This document shows positions 32,238 to 42,330 of a stretch of DNA of 64,000 nt, in pieces. The notes beneath the pieces are model-generated. The model made no database searches, had not been told where the DNA came from, and worked only from the letters and a program-made list of their open reading frames with translations. Position numbers and translations under genes: made by a program. The DNA lies in NCBI GenBank assembly GCA_046728155.1, contig JBKPDY010000124.1, positions 236 through 64,235 on the forward strand, in the 5' to 3' direction. Every line of letters begins with the position of its first letter. Position 1 is the stretch's first letter. The stretch comes from Actinomycetota bacterium. Lineage in GTDB: Bacteria; Actinomycetota; Actinomycetes; Mycobacteriales; Micromonosporaceae.

Positions 32238-32821
32238 CCCTCCTCGCCTCCCCCGCGGTCGAGGTCACGGCGCAGAGCGGCGATGCCCCGCGCGGTGTGG
32301 CTCTTGACGGCACCCTGGCTGATGCCCATCGCCTCGGCCGTCTGTGCCTCGGAGAGGTCGACGTAGTACCGCAACACCAGCGCTTCCCGCTGGCGGGACG
32401 GCAGTGTCCGGACGGCCGCGAGCATCTCGGCGTGGTGTTCGGCGGCGAGGGCGTGCGCCTCGGCGCTCGCCTCGGTCGGCGTCGGTCCCTGGCGGCGCAG
32501 GAAGCGGTCGACGACGCCGCGGTGGCGAAGTGCCGACCGGGACCGGTTGACCACGCTCTGGCGCAGGTACGCGACCGCCTTGTCCGGGTCGCGGAGCCGG
32601 CCCCAGGAGCGGTGCAGGCTGACGAAGGCGTCTTGCGTGATCTCCTCCGCGAGGCCGTCGTCGTGCAACAGCAATGCGGCGAGCCGGACAAGTGGGCGGT
32701 ACTGCGTGCTGAACAGGCGCGTGACCGCGTCGTCGGCGGTCCAGGCCGTGCTCAGCGCCGGTCCCGCGACGGGTGCCGGGTCGGGACGCGCCGAGGAGTT
32801 GCCGAACGGCGCGTAGGCCAC
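32234..32821 (-). CDS. ECF-type RNA polymerase sigma factor
   Basis: From ORF 32234..32908. Region 2 (LVRLAALLLHDDGLAEEITQDAFV) and region 4 HTH (SEAQTAEAMGISQGAVKSHTARG). The start is uncertain. GTG 32821 behind GGAG was chosen to avoid overlap with ribH. Confidence 0.8.
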   Translation of the reverse strand: MAYAPFGNSSARPDPAPVAGPALSTAWTADDAVTRLFSTQYRPLVRLAALLLHDDGLAEEITQDAFVSLHRSWGRLRDPDKAVAYLRQSVVNRSRSALRHRGVVDRFLRRQGPTPTEASAEAHALAAEHHAEMLAAVRTLPSRQREALVLRYYVDLSEAQTAEAMGISQGAVKSHTARGIAALRRDLDRGGGEEG

Positions 32822-32891
32822 GGCGGCTCCACCCCAGACGTCACTTACCGAGGGTGCCACGCCCGGATGACGCGCACCGGTGGCTCCAGGT

Positions 32892-34608
<1,717 letters not shown>

Positions 34609-34612
<4 letters not shown>

Positions 34613-35205
34613 CGGCGCACGCCTTCCACGAGCCGTTCGACGTACTTGGCTATCACGTCGACCTCCAGGTTGACCAACGCTCCGACATCCTTGTGCCCCA
34701 ACGTCGTGAGGGCGAGCGTCGTGGGGATGAGGCTGACCCCGAACGACTCGTCGTCGACGCCGGTCACCGTCAACGAAACACCGTCCACAGTGATCGATCC
34801 CTTGTGGACGATGTACCGGGTCACCTCGGGCGGCGCGCCGATGCGGAGATCTTCCCAGCCGGTGCCCGGGGTTCGGGAGCGGATCGTGCCGACCCCGTCG
34901 ACGTGGCCCTGTACCAGGTGGCCGCCGAGCCGGGTGGCGATTGTTGCCGCTCGCTCGAGGTTGACCCGCTCTCCCACCGCGAGCGAGCCAAGGGCGGACC
35001 GGTCGAAGGTCTCCTTCATGACATCGGCCGTGAACGTGTCGCCGGCAACCGCGACGACCGTCAGACATACGCCGCTGACCGCGATGGAGTCTCCCGCCCG
35101 CGTGTCCGCGGTCACCGTCGGCCCGCGCACGCCGAGCACGGCACCGTCACCGTGCCAATCCATACCGACGACCTCCCCCAACTCCTCCACGATGCCTGTA
35201 AACAC
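34609..35205 (-). CDS. ribE: riboflavin synthase
   Basis: From ORF 34609..35625. The in-frame GTG gives [12 protein letters not shown], 198 aa. Confidence 0.92.
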
Positions 35206-35206
35206 G

Positions 35207-36274
35207 TCAGTTCCCCTTCGGTAGCGCGTCGATGCGCAGGTCCGGACCGACCCGGCGGACGTCGGTGAGTTCGAGGTCGATGGCCTCGGCGATGGTGACG
35301 ATCCCGGCGGCGGCGAGCGCCGAGGGCCCGGCGCCGAGCAGCTTGGGCGCGAGGTAGCCGACGACCTCGTCGACGAGATCCTCCCGCAGGTACGCCCCGG
35401 CGAGAGTCGGCCCGCCCTCGAGCAGGACGCGACGGCAACCTCGCTCGAACAGCGCAACGCCAAGCTTGCGCAAGTCCACCCGGCCATCCATACCGGTGCC
35501 CAGTTCGGCGGCGGTGGCGATGAATGTCCGCGCGGCACCGTCACGGACCCGGGCCGTCGCCGGGGTACGGGTGGAAGTGTCGACGATGACCCGCAGCGGC
35601 TGGCGATTGGCGAGTGCGCCGGCATCGGTACGGGCGGTCAGATGGGGGTCGTCGGCGAGGACCGTGCCGACGCCGACGATGATGGCGTCCACAGTGGAGC
35701 GGAGCTCCTGGACATCTGCCCTGGCCTCGGGAGAGGTGATCCACTGGCTCGTGCCGTCGAGGGCCGCCGACCGACCGTCCAATGTGGCGGCAAACTTCCA
35801 GATGACGAATGGTCGCGGATCGCCGGCCGCGCAGCGGGCGGTCGCGGTGAGCCAACCGATGTTTCCGGCGTGGGCCTCGGCCGCCCGCAGGCCGATCTCC
35901 ACGTCGACGCCGAGCGCGCGCATGGTTTCGGCGCCGCCCTGGGCAACGGGGTTGGGGTCGCTGAGTGCCGCGACGACACGCACGATGCCGGCGGAGGCGA
36001 GAGCCTGGCTGCACGGGCCGGTCCGCCCGACGTGGTCGCATGGCTCCATCGTCACGACCGCGGTGCCGCCCTTGGCTCGCTCCCCCGCCGCCGCGAGCGC
36101 ACGTACTTCTGCGTGCGGGCCACCCGCGTACGCGTGGAAGCCTTCGCCGACCACCTCGCCGGACGCATCGAGGATCACGCACCCGACAACGGGGTTCGGA
36201 CTCGTGGAGCCCAGACCCTTGGCCGCAAGTGCGACGGCACGCAACATTGCGGCGTCTTCTGCCGGGCTTACCAT
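35207..36274 (-). CDS. ribD: bifunctional diaminohydroxyphosphoribosylaminopyrimidine deaminase / 5-amino-6-(5-phosphoribosylamino)uracil reductase
   Basis: From ORF 35207..36457. Deaminase zinc motifs HAEV and PCDHVGRTGPC. ATG at 36274 behind GAGGAGGG. Confidence 0.92.
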   Translation of the reverse strand: MVSPAEDAAMLRAVALAAKGLGSTSPNPVVGCVILDASGEVVGEGFHAYAGGPHAEVRALAAAGERAKGGTAVVTMEPCDHVGRTGPCSQALASAGIVRVVAALSDPNPVAQGGAETMRALGVDVEIGLRAAEAHAGNIGWLTATARCAAGDPRPFVIWKFAATLDGRSAALDGTSQWITSPEARADVQELRSTVDAIIVGVGTVLADDPHLTARTDAGALANRQPLRVIVDTSTRTPATARVRDGAARTFIATAAELGTGMDGRVDLRKLGVALFERGCRRVLLEGGPTLAGAYLREDLVDEVVGYLAPKLLGAGPSALAAAGIVTIAEAIDLELTDVRRVGPDLRIDALPKGN

Positions 36275-36384
36275 GTGCCTGGCCCTCCTCGGATCGCGCC
36301 GCTGGGGCGCGCGGGCGAGGCGGGAAGCAAGGCGGGGGCGCGGCGACTGTGGCGCTGCCGTAGCGCACGTCTCCGTGCCGACCG

Positions 36385-36542
36385 CGCGCTGTCTCCCATC
36401 CGGACTCTGACCGTCGGCTCCGGAATCACACCGGATCCACCGGAGGCTGGCTGCCACCGGGTCGCGGGCTTGGCGGGCTACTCCACGTGAGTTGAGCCGC
36501 CATCACCGCCGGTTCGGAATTTCACCGAATCCCGCCAGCGCG
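36385..36542 (-). ncRNA. FMN riboswitch (RFN element) upstream of ribD
   Basis: Sense RNA reads CGCGCUG-GCGGGAUUCGGUGAAAUUCCGAACCGGCGGU...CCGGUGUGAUUCCGGAGCCGACGGUCAGAGUCCGGAUGGGAGA-CAGCGCG. The canonical conserved cores and the P1 closing stem are both present. Confidence 0.9.
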
Positions 36543-36630
36543 CTGGTGGGTATGCCTCGAGTGTGCCACCGCGGCCATCGGCTCGACAGGCCACCCATCC
36601 GGCGGGCGGGCGATGTTGGTCACAGCCCGG

Positions 36631-37584
36631 TCAGGCACCCTTGCGGCGGTCAACGGCCACGAACGAGCCCGGCTGCGTCTTGGCGACCGTCTTCATCTCG
36701 CTGGCGTCGGCGATAAGTTCGCGCGGGTCGGAGTAGGCGCGGCGACTCGAGAGGGCCACCCCGACCGAGACGGTCACCAGGCCCACATCAAAGGTACCGC
36801 GGCGGGTCTTGACACTGACGTACCCGCGGTCGCGGTCCTCGGCGTCGTAGAGCCGATCGGCGGCCGCCTCGAACTCCGTCACCGCCTTGTCGGTGAGCGG
36901 AAGGACCTGGTCGGGGTTACAGATCAGCACGAAGTCGTCGCCGCCGACGTGGCCGAGGAAGGCCGGTGGCAGCCCGATGTCAATGACCGCGCGCTGTAGC
37001 TTGCGGGCGAGCGTCACGATGAACTCGTCGCCCCGGGCGAACCCGTACGCGTCGTTGACCGCCTTGAACCCGTCGATATCGCAGTAGCAGACGGCGAACG
37101 GGTCGCCCGAACGCAACCGGTCGCCGATCTCGCGCAGGATCCTGGTGTTACCGGCGAGGCCGGTCAACGGCGACACCTCCCGGAACTCCTTGTTCCGACG
37201 AAGTGTCGATCGGATCCGCGCGACGAGCTCCATCGTGTCGAACGGCTTGACGACGTAGTCGTCCACTCCGGCGGTCAACCCGAGCACCTTGTCGACTGTC
37301 TGTCCGCGCGCGGTGAGCATGATGATCGGCAACGCCGACGTCATCGCGCCCGCCCGCAGCGCCTTCGTCACCTCCACCCCGTCGATGGTCGGCATCATGA
37401 GGTCCAGCACGACAAGGTCGGGGGGCTGCTCCGAGACCAGGTCGAGGGCTGTGTCGCCGTCGTGAGCCACGCTGACCTGGAATCCCTCCATCTGCAAACT
37501 CAGCTCGACGAAGCGGGCGATGTCGGGGTCATCGTCGACGACGAGGATGCGCTCGGGATGCGTGGCGGGGGTCGCTGGGATCAT
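36631..37584 (-). CDS. response regulator with REC and GGDEF-type domains (active-site motif reads GGDDF)
   Basis: REC domain (ILVVDDDPD, VVLDLMMP, KPF), then a GGDEF fold (DIDGFKAVNDAYGFARGDE ... HVGGDDFVLI). The ATG overlaps the rpe stop (ATGA). Confidence 0.85.
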   Translation of the reverse strand: MIPATPATHPERILVVDDDPDIARFVELSLQMEGFQVSVAHDGDTALDLVSEQPPDLVVLDLMMPTIDGVEVTKALRAGAMTSALPIIMLTARGQTVDKVLGLTAGVDDYVVKPFDTMELVARIRSTLRRNKEFREVSPLTGLAGNTRILREIGDRLRSGDPFAVCYCDIDGFKAVNDAYGFARGDEFIVTLARKLQRAVIDIGLPPAFLGHVGGDDFVLICNPDQVLPLTDKAVTEFEAAADRLYDAEDRDRGYVSVKTRRGTFDVGLVTVSVGVALSSRRAYSDPRELIADASEMKTVAKTQPGSFVAVDRRKGA

Positions 37585-38273
37585 GCCGGACCACCGGGCG
37601 GTTGGGTCGGCCGGGCCTCCTGGGCGCGCGCCCGCAGCCGTTGGATTGCCTCGGCGGCGTCCTCGGCCTCGAAGACTGACGTGCCGGCGACGAACGTGTC
37701 GGCTCCGGCCTCGACCGCCTCCCCGATGGTCTCCTCCGAGATCCCCCCGTCCACTTCCAGCCGCAGGTCCAGATGGCCGGAGTTGATGTGGCGGCGAGCC
37801 GCACGCACCTTTGTCAGCAGCTCGGGGATGAACTCCTGACCGCCAAAGCCCGCCTTGATCGTCATGATCAACAGCAGGTCGAACTCGGGCAGCAGTTCGA
37901 AGTACGGCTCGACCAGCGTGTCCCGGTCGATGGCCAGACCCGGCCGGGCGCCGGCCGCGCGCACATCGCGAGCGAGCCTCACGGGGTCGGCTGCGGCCTC
38001 CGCGTGGAAGGTCACTGTGTACGCGCCCGCCTCCGCATAGTCGGGTGCGGAGAGCTCCGGATCGACAATCATGAGGTGGCAGTCGAGCGGCGTCGTGACC
38101 GCGGCGAGAAGGTCTCGCACCTCCGGCAGCCCAATTGTCTGATTCGGGACGAACCGGTTATCCATGACGTCCACATGGAGCCAGTCGGACGCTTTTTCGA
38201 CCGATCTGGCGGCCTCGATGGAGAAGTCGGCGGCAAGCAGACTGGGTGCCACGAGGAGCGACGGTCCGGTCAC
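37581..38273 (-). CDS. rpe: ribulose-phosphate 3-epimerase
   Basis: HVDVMDNRFVPN motif. 230 aa. Confidence 0.93.
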   Translation of the reverse strand: MTGPSLLVAPSLLAADFSIEAARSVEKASDWLHVDVMDNRFVPNQTIGLPEVRDLLAAVTTPLDCHLMIVDPELSAPDYAEAGAYTVTFHAEAAADPVRLARDVRAAGARPGLAIDRDTLVEPYFELLPEFDLLLIMTIKAGFGGQEFIPELLTKVRAARRHINSGHLDLRLEVDGGISEETIGEAVEAGADTFVAGTSVFEAEDAAEAIQRLRARAQEARPTQPPGGPA

Positions 38274-38561
38274 GCGGACAGTGTATTAACTCCGGCCGGC
38301 TACGCGTCCAGCTAGCCGGCAAATGAATCTGCACGTACCGGTGCACGATCACCCGCCGCGTATCCACGGCGTTCACTCGAACATGTATTCGCGACTACCC
38401 GACGTGATTTAAGCCGGATTTATGGTAGCCCTGGGCATGTCGGGCTGATGAGCCGAGAATCGCGTTCCTATTATGATCGACACCGGTCAGCATCGGGCGT
38501 CAGTAGGGCTGGGCGCCCCGCCGTCGGGATGAGCCGGCCGGTCGATCATTTGGAGCTGGCC

Positions 38562-38876
38562 GTGAGCGAGGCAAAGCTGGTGCGGGACAACGTTCCGTTC
38601 ATAATGCGTCGGCGTGGAGAACATCCGATCGTCCGGACCGCGGAGCCCTACGAGTACGCCGGACTCCTGCGAGCCAAACTCGTCGAGGAGGTCGAAGAGT
38701 TCCTCGACTCAGACGACCCACGGGTGCTGGCCGACGTCATGGAGGTCCTGCTCGCGCTGGGCGAGGTGTTCGGCTGCGACGGCGACGATCTCGAGCGGAT
38801 GCGGACCGAGAAGGCACTCGAGCGGGGGAGATTCGGCCGCCGCTTCGTCTGGTCAGGCAACGGGACCGCGGCCTGA
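38562..38876 (+). CDS. MazG-superfamily (PRA-PH-like) house-cleaning NTP pyrophosphohydrolase
   Basis: From ORF 38448..38876. KLVRDNVPFIMRRRGE...LVEEVEEF...LADVMEVLLAL...KALERGRF pattern. Start trimmed to the GTG behind GGAG. The longer ATG starts at 38448/38529 remain possible. Confidence 0.7.
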   Translation: MSEAKLVRDNVPFIMRRRGEHPIVRTAEPYEYAGLLRAKLVEEVEEFLDSDDPRVLADVMEVLLALGEVFGCDGDDLERMRTEKALERGRFGRRFVWSGNGTAA

Positions 38877-39075
38877 CTCAGCAGCGCGTCGCCCGGTGGC
38901 GTGAGCCGACCGCTGCTTGTCGCCCGAGCCAGGCGATTCCATCACTCCGCTCGATCACCCCGGCGAGATCCAACAGATGTCACGGAAAGACCTGGAAAAC
39001 TAGGCTGGTCGCGACCTCTATCGGATCTTGGCGCACAGGGCGGTTCAGTACGCCGCCGGTGAGTCTCCATTGCGG

Positions 39076-40449
39076 TCATTCGCGGCGCAGCAAGGCGAGG
39101 AACATGGCATCGGTGCCGTGCCGGTGCGGCCACAGTTGCACCATCGGTCCGTCACCCAGCTCCGGCAGGCTGGCCGGCAGTGCGGATCGAGCGTCGAGCA
39201 ACGTGGTCGGTTCGCCGAACCGCCGCAGGGTCTCGGCGACGGTCACCCGCGTCTCCACCAGATGTGGCGAACACGTCGCATAGGCCACCACACCGCCGGG
39301 TCGGGTCACCCGCAGCGCGGCCGTGAGCAGCTCGCGTTGAAGCCGGGTCAGCGGTGGCAGGTCGGCGGGCTCGCGCCGCCAGCGCGACTCCGGACGGCGC
39401 CGCAACGAGCCGAGCCCGGTGCACGGCGCGTCGACGAGGACACGGTCGAATCCCCCGTCGGGCGCGTCGAGGAGCTCGCCAGCCTCCCGCCCGTCGGCGC
39501 AGACCACGTCCACCGGCAGTCCGGCGACGGCCTGCTCCACCAGACGCGCCCGGTGCGGTGCCACCTCTACCGCGGTCACGCGCGCGCCGCAGCCCGCCGC
39601 CAGCGATCCGAGCAGCCCGGCCTTACCGCCTGGACCGGCGCACAGGTCGAGCCACCGCTCGCGGGCGCCGGTGGGTGCCGCCTCGACCATAGCGGCCGCG
39701 ACCAGTTGGGAGCCCTCGTCCTGAACGTGCGCCCGGCCCCGCGCGACGGCGTCGATCTCCCCGGGCGCGCCCCCGGCCAGATACACGGCGTGGGGCGAGT
39801 AGGTACCCACCCGGCCACCGGTCTCGCTCGCCAGCGCCTCGGCAGTCGTGAGTCCGGGGCGAGCGCACAAATGTACCTGCGGCCGCTCGTTGTCGGCGGA
39901 GAGTGCGGCCGTGGTCTGATCGAGATCGCCACCGAGCGCCTCGGTGAAGGCCCGGACGATCCACTGTGGATGGGCGTGAGTCAGTGCCAGGTTGCCGATC
40001 GGATCCTGCTCGAACGCGGGGGCTACAGTGGACAGCCATCCGGCCAGATCGCGTTCGCTGACCCGTCGCAGCACCGCGTTGGCGAACCCGACCGCGCCCG
40101 GGGCCACGACCCGGGCCAGGTCCACTGTGGTCGCTACCGCGGCGTGCGGGGGGACGCGGGTGTGCAGCAACTGGTAGGTGCCCAGGCGCAGCGCATCGCG
40201 CGCCGGCGGGTCGATCCGCTCCACCGGCCGCGCGGCCGCGGCCGCGATGACCGCGTCGAGCTGCCCCTCATTGCGCAGGGTGCCGTAGGTGAGCTCGGTC
40301 GCCAGGGCCGCGTCGCGCCCACTGATCCGGTGCTCGCGCAGCAGCCGGGACAGCGCGAGGTTGGCGTACGCGTCGTCGCGATGGGTGGCCGCAATAGCCT
40401 CGTACGCAACCCGGCGCGCGGCGTCCACCCGTCGTACTGGACGGCTCAC
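39076..40449 (-). CDS. rsmB: 16S rRNA (cytosine-C5)-methyltransferase, RsmB/Sun family
   Basis: From ORF 39076..40491. SAM motif [10 protein letters not shown] and catalytic YATCSPH. Start trimmed to the GTG overlapping the fmt stop (GTGA). Confidence 0.88.
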   Translation of the reverse strand: MSRPVRRVDAARRVAYEAIAATHRDDAYANLALSRLLREHRISGRDAALATELTYGTLRNEGQLDAVIAAAAARPVERIDPPARDALRLGTYQLLHTRVPPHAAVATTVDLARVVAPGAVGFANAVLRRVSERDLAGWLSTVAPAFEQDPIGNLALTHAHPQWIVRAFTEALGGDLDQTTAALSADNERPQVHLCARPGLTTAEALASETGGRVGTYSPHAVYLAGGAPGEIDAVARGRAHVQDEGSQLVAAAMVEAAPTGARERWLDLCAGPGGKAGLLGSLAAGCGARVTAVEVAPHRARLVEQAVAGLPVDVVCADGREAGELLDAPDGGFDRVLVDAPCTGLGSLRRRPESRWRREPADLPPLTRLQRELLTAALRVTRPGGVVAYATCSPHLVETRVTVAETLRRFGEPTTLLDARSALPASLPELGDGPMVQLWPHRHGTDAMFLALLRRE

Positions 40450-41372
40450 CCTAAGCGCTCGCCGGCGCCGGCGCGGGATCCCCGGGCCCATTCGACGGCC
40501 GGCATCGGACGCTTCCCGGCGGCCCGGACCTCGCCCAACGTGACCGGCTCGGTGGCCGTGCCGACCAGCACCCGGTTCCGCTCCACCCGCAGTTCCCCCG
40601 CCGCCAGCGCCTCGGCGTCGGCGACGGGGAGCACCGCTCCCACCTTGAGCCGCTCACCCCGGAACGTCGTCCAGGCGCCGGGTGCCGGTGTACAGGCACG
40701 GATTCGCCGGTCGACGGCGAAGGCCGGGTCAATCCAGCGCACCTCGGCGTCCGCCACGGTGACCTTGGGCGCGTACGACACGCCGTCGGTGGTCTGTGGC
40801 ACCGCGCGCGCGGTGTTATCGGCCAACGCGTCCAGCACTGCGACGAGCAGCCCCGCCCCGGCCTGCGACAGGCGCTGCAGCAGCGAGCCCGCGGTATCGC
40901 GTGGGCCGATCTTCTCGACCAGGGTGCCGAAGATCGGCCCCGTGTCCAGCCCTTCCTCGAGCTGGAACACCGACGCCCCGGTCATCTCGTCGCCATGCAG
41001 GATGGCGTGCTGGACCGGCGCGGCTCCACGCCAGGCAGGTAGCAGCGAAAAATGCAGATTGATCCACCCGCGGCCGGGCACGGCGAGCGCCGACGGGGGA
41101 ACGAGGGTGCCGTACGCCACAACCGGAACGCAGTCGGGCTGAAGACGGTCGAGAGCATCCACAAAGGACCGTTCCCGGAGGCGGGCCGGAGCCAGCACCT
41201 CGATGCCCCGCTCGTCGGCCCACCGGGCGACGGGAGACCGAGCCAGGGCCCGGCCCCGACCGGCCGGCGCGTCCGGACGAGCGATGACTGCGACCAGTTC
41301 GTGATCGGACGCGGCGATGGCGCGCAGGGCCGGCAGGGCGACCTCCGGTGTGCCGGCGAAGACGAGGCGCAT
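40446..41372 (-). CDS. fmt: methionyl-tRNA formyltransferase
   Basis: [15 protein letters not shown] motif. 308 aa. Confidence 0.94.
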   Translation of the reverse strand: MRLVFAGTPEVALPALRAIAASDHELVAVIARPDAPAGRGRALARSPVARWADERGIEVLAPARLRERSFVDALDRLQPDCVPVVAYGTLVPPSALAVPGRGWINLHFSLLPAWRGAAPVQHAILHGDEMTGASVFQLEEGLDTGPIFGTLVEKIGPRDTAGSLLQRLSQAGAGLLVAVLDALADNTARAVPQTTDGVSYAPKVTVADAEVRWIDPAFAVDRRIRACTPAPGAWTTFRGERLKVGAVLPVADAEALAAGELRVERNRVLVGTATEPVTLGEVRAAGKRPMPAVEWARGSRAGAGERLG

Positions 41373-41376
41373 CTGT

Positions 41377-41943
41377 TCAGCCGAAGAATCCGCCCGCGTG
41401 CGGACTGACCTTCACGACCGGCGGGGTGTCCACGTTGTACCAGGGCGCCGCCCGGATCTCGCGCATCGCCTCTTTGCGGGCCTGCGGGTCGAGCCGGTCC
41501 AAGAAGAGGACGCCGTCGAGGTGGTCGGTCTCGTGTTGGCAGCAGCGGGCCATCATGCCGGTGCCGACCAGCCGCATCGGGTCGCCGTACTCATTGAGCC
41601 CGGTCGCGACCACGTTCATCCGGCGCTTGGTGTCCACGTAGATCCCGGGAATGGACAGGCAGCCCTCCGGCCCGTCCTGCTCCTCATCGTCCGGGAAGTG
41701 CAGCTCGGGATTGACGATGTACCCCACAACCTCGTCCACGTCGAACGCGAAGACGCGAAGGCCGACGCCGATCTGCGGCGCCGCGAGACCCGCGCCGCCC
41801 TCGTTGAGCAAGGTCTCGGTCAAGTCCTTGACGAGCGTGCGCAGCTCCTTGTCGAACGTGACCACCGGATCTGCGGGCGTTCGCAGGACAGGGTCGCCGA
41901 AGAGGCGGATCGGCTGGACGGTCACGGGTCGGGGGCCTTTCAT
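41377..41943 (-). CDS. def: peptide deformylase
   Basis: [13 protein letters not shown] and QHETDHL metal-binding motifs. Confidence 0.95.
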   Translation of the reverse strand: MKGPRPVTVQPIRLFGDPVLRTPADPVVTFDKELRTLVKDLTETLLNEGGAGLAAPQIGVGLRVFAFDVDEVVGYIVNPELHFPDDEEQDGPEGCLSIPGIYVDTKRRMNVVATGLNEYGDPMRLVGTGMMARCCQHETDHLDGVLFLDRLDPQARKEAMREIRAAPWYNVDTPPVVKVSPHAGGFFG

Positions 41944-42033
41944 GCGTTGGTCAACTCCTCAAGTCTACGGACGCCGCCCGGCCCCGTGCTCCATGCTGGA
42001 AGTTGGACGTACCCGGACAGAAGGGTGAGTGAC

Positions 42034-42324
42034 ATGAGCTTCATCCAGATCATCGACTACGAGACGGACCAGGCCCAGGCGATCGATGACCAGATGCGCC
42101 AGGCCATGCAATCGGGCATGGACATGACCTTCACCCGCATGGAGCACACGCAGGACCGGGACAATCCACGCCACTACATGACCATCGTGGAGTTCCCCTC
42201 CTACGAGGCAGCGATGGCCAACAGCAGGCGGCCCGAGACCGACGCGATGGCGAAGCAGCTGGCCGCGCTTTGTACGAGCGGCCCGACCTTCCACAACATG
42301 GACGTGAAGCTCGACCTGCCGTAA
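42034..42324 (+). CDS. small conserved protein (~96 aa), possibly dimeric alpha/beta-barrel fold
   Basis: 3' part of ORF 41317..42324. The ATG at 42034 follows AAGGGTGAG. High GC3. No catalytic motif recognised. Confidence 0.5.
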   Translation: MSFIQIIDYETDQAQAIDDQMRQAMQSGMDMTFTRMEHTQDRDNPRHYMTIVEFPSYEAAMANSRRPETDAMAKQLAALCTSGPTFHNMDVKLDLP

Positions 42325-42330
42325 CGGCGC

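Noticed and set aside
39028-41142. Long antisense ORFs opposite well-supported genes. Examples: 39028..41142 (+, 704 aa), 45703..47328 (+), 43876..45282 (+), 33470..35224 (+), 12958..14466 (+), 13818..15218 (+), 60631..61863 (-), 57876..58505 (-), 2044..3132 (-).
   Set aside because: These are typical shadow ORFs of ~70% GC DNA. They give Arg/Pro/Gly-rich low-complexity translations with no motifs. In each case the opposite strand encodes a protein with clear family signatures and high GC3.
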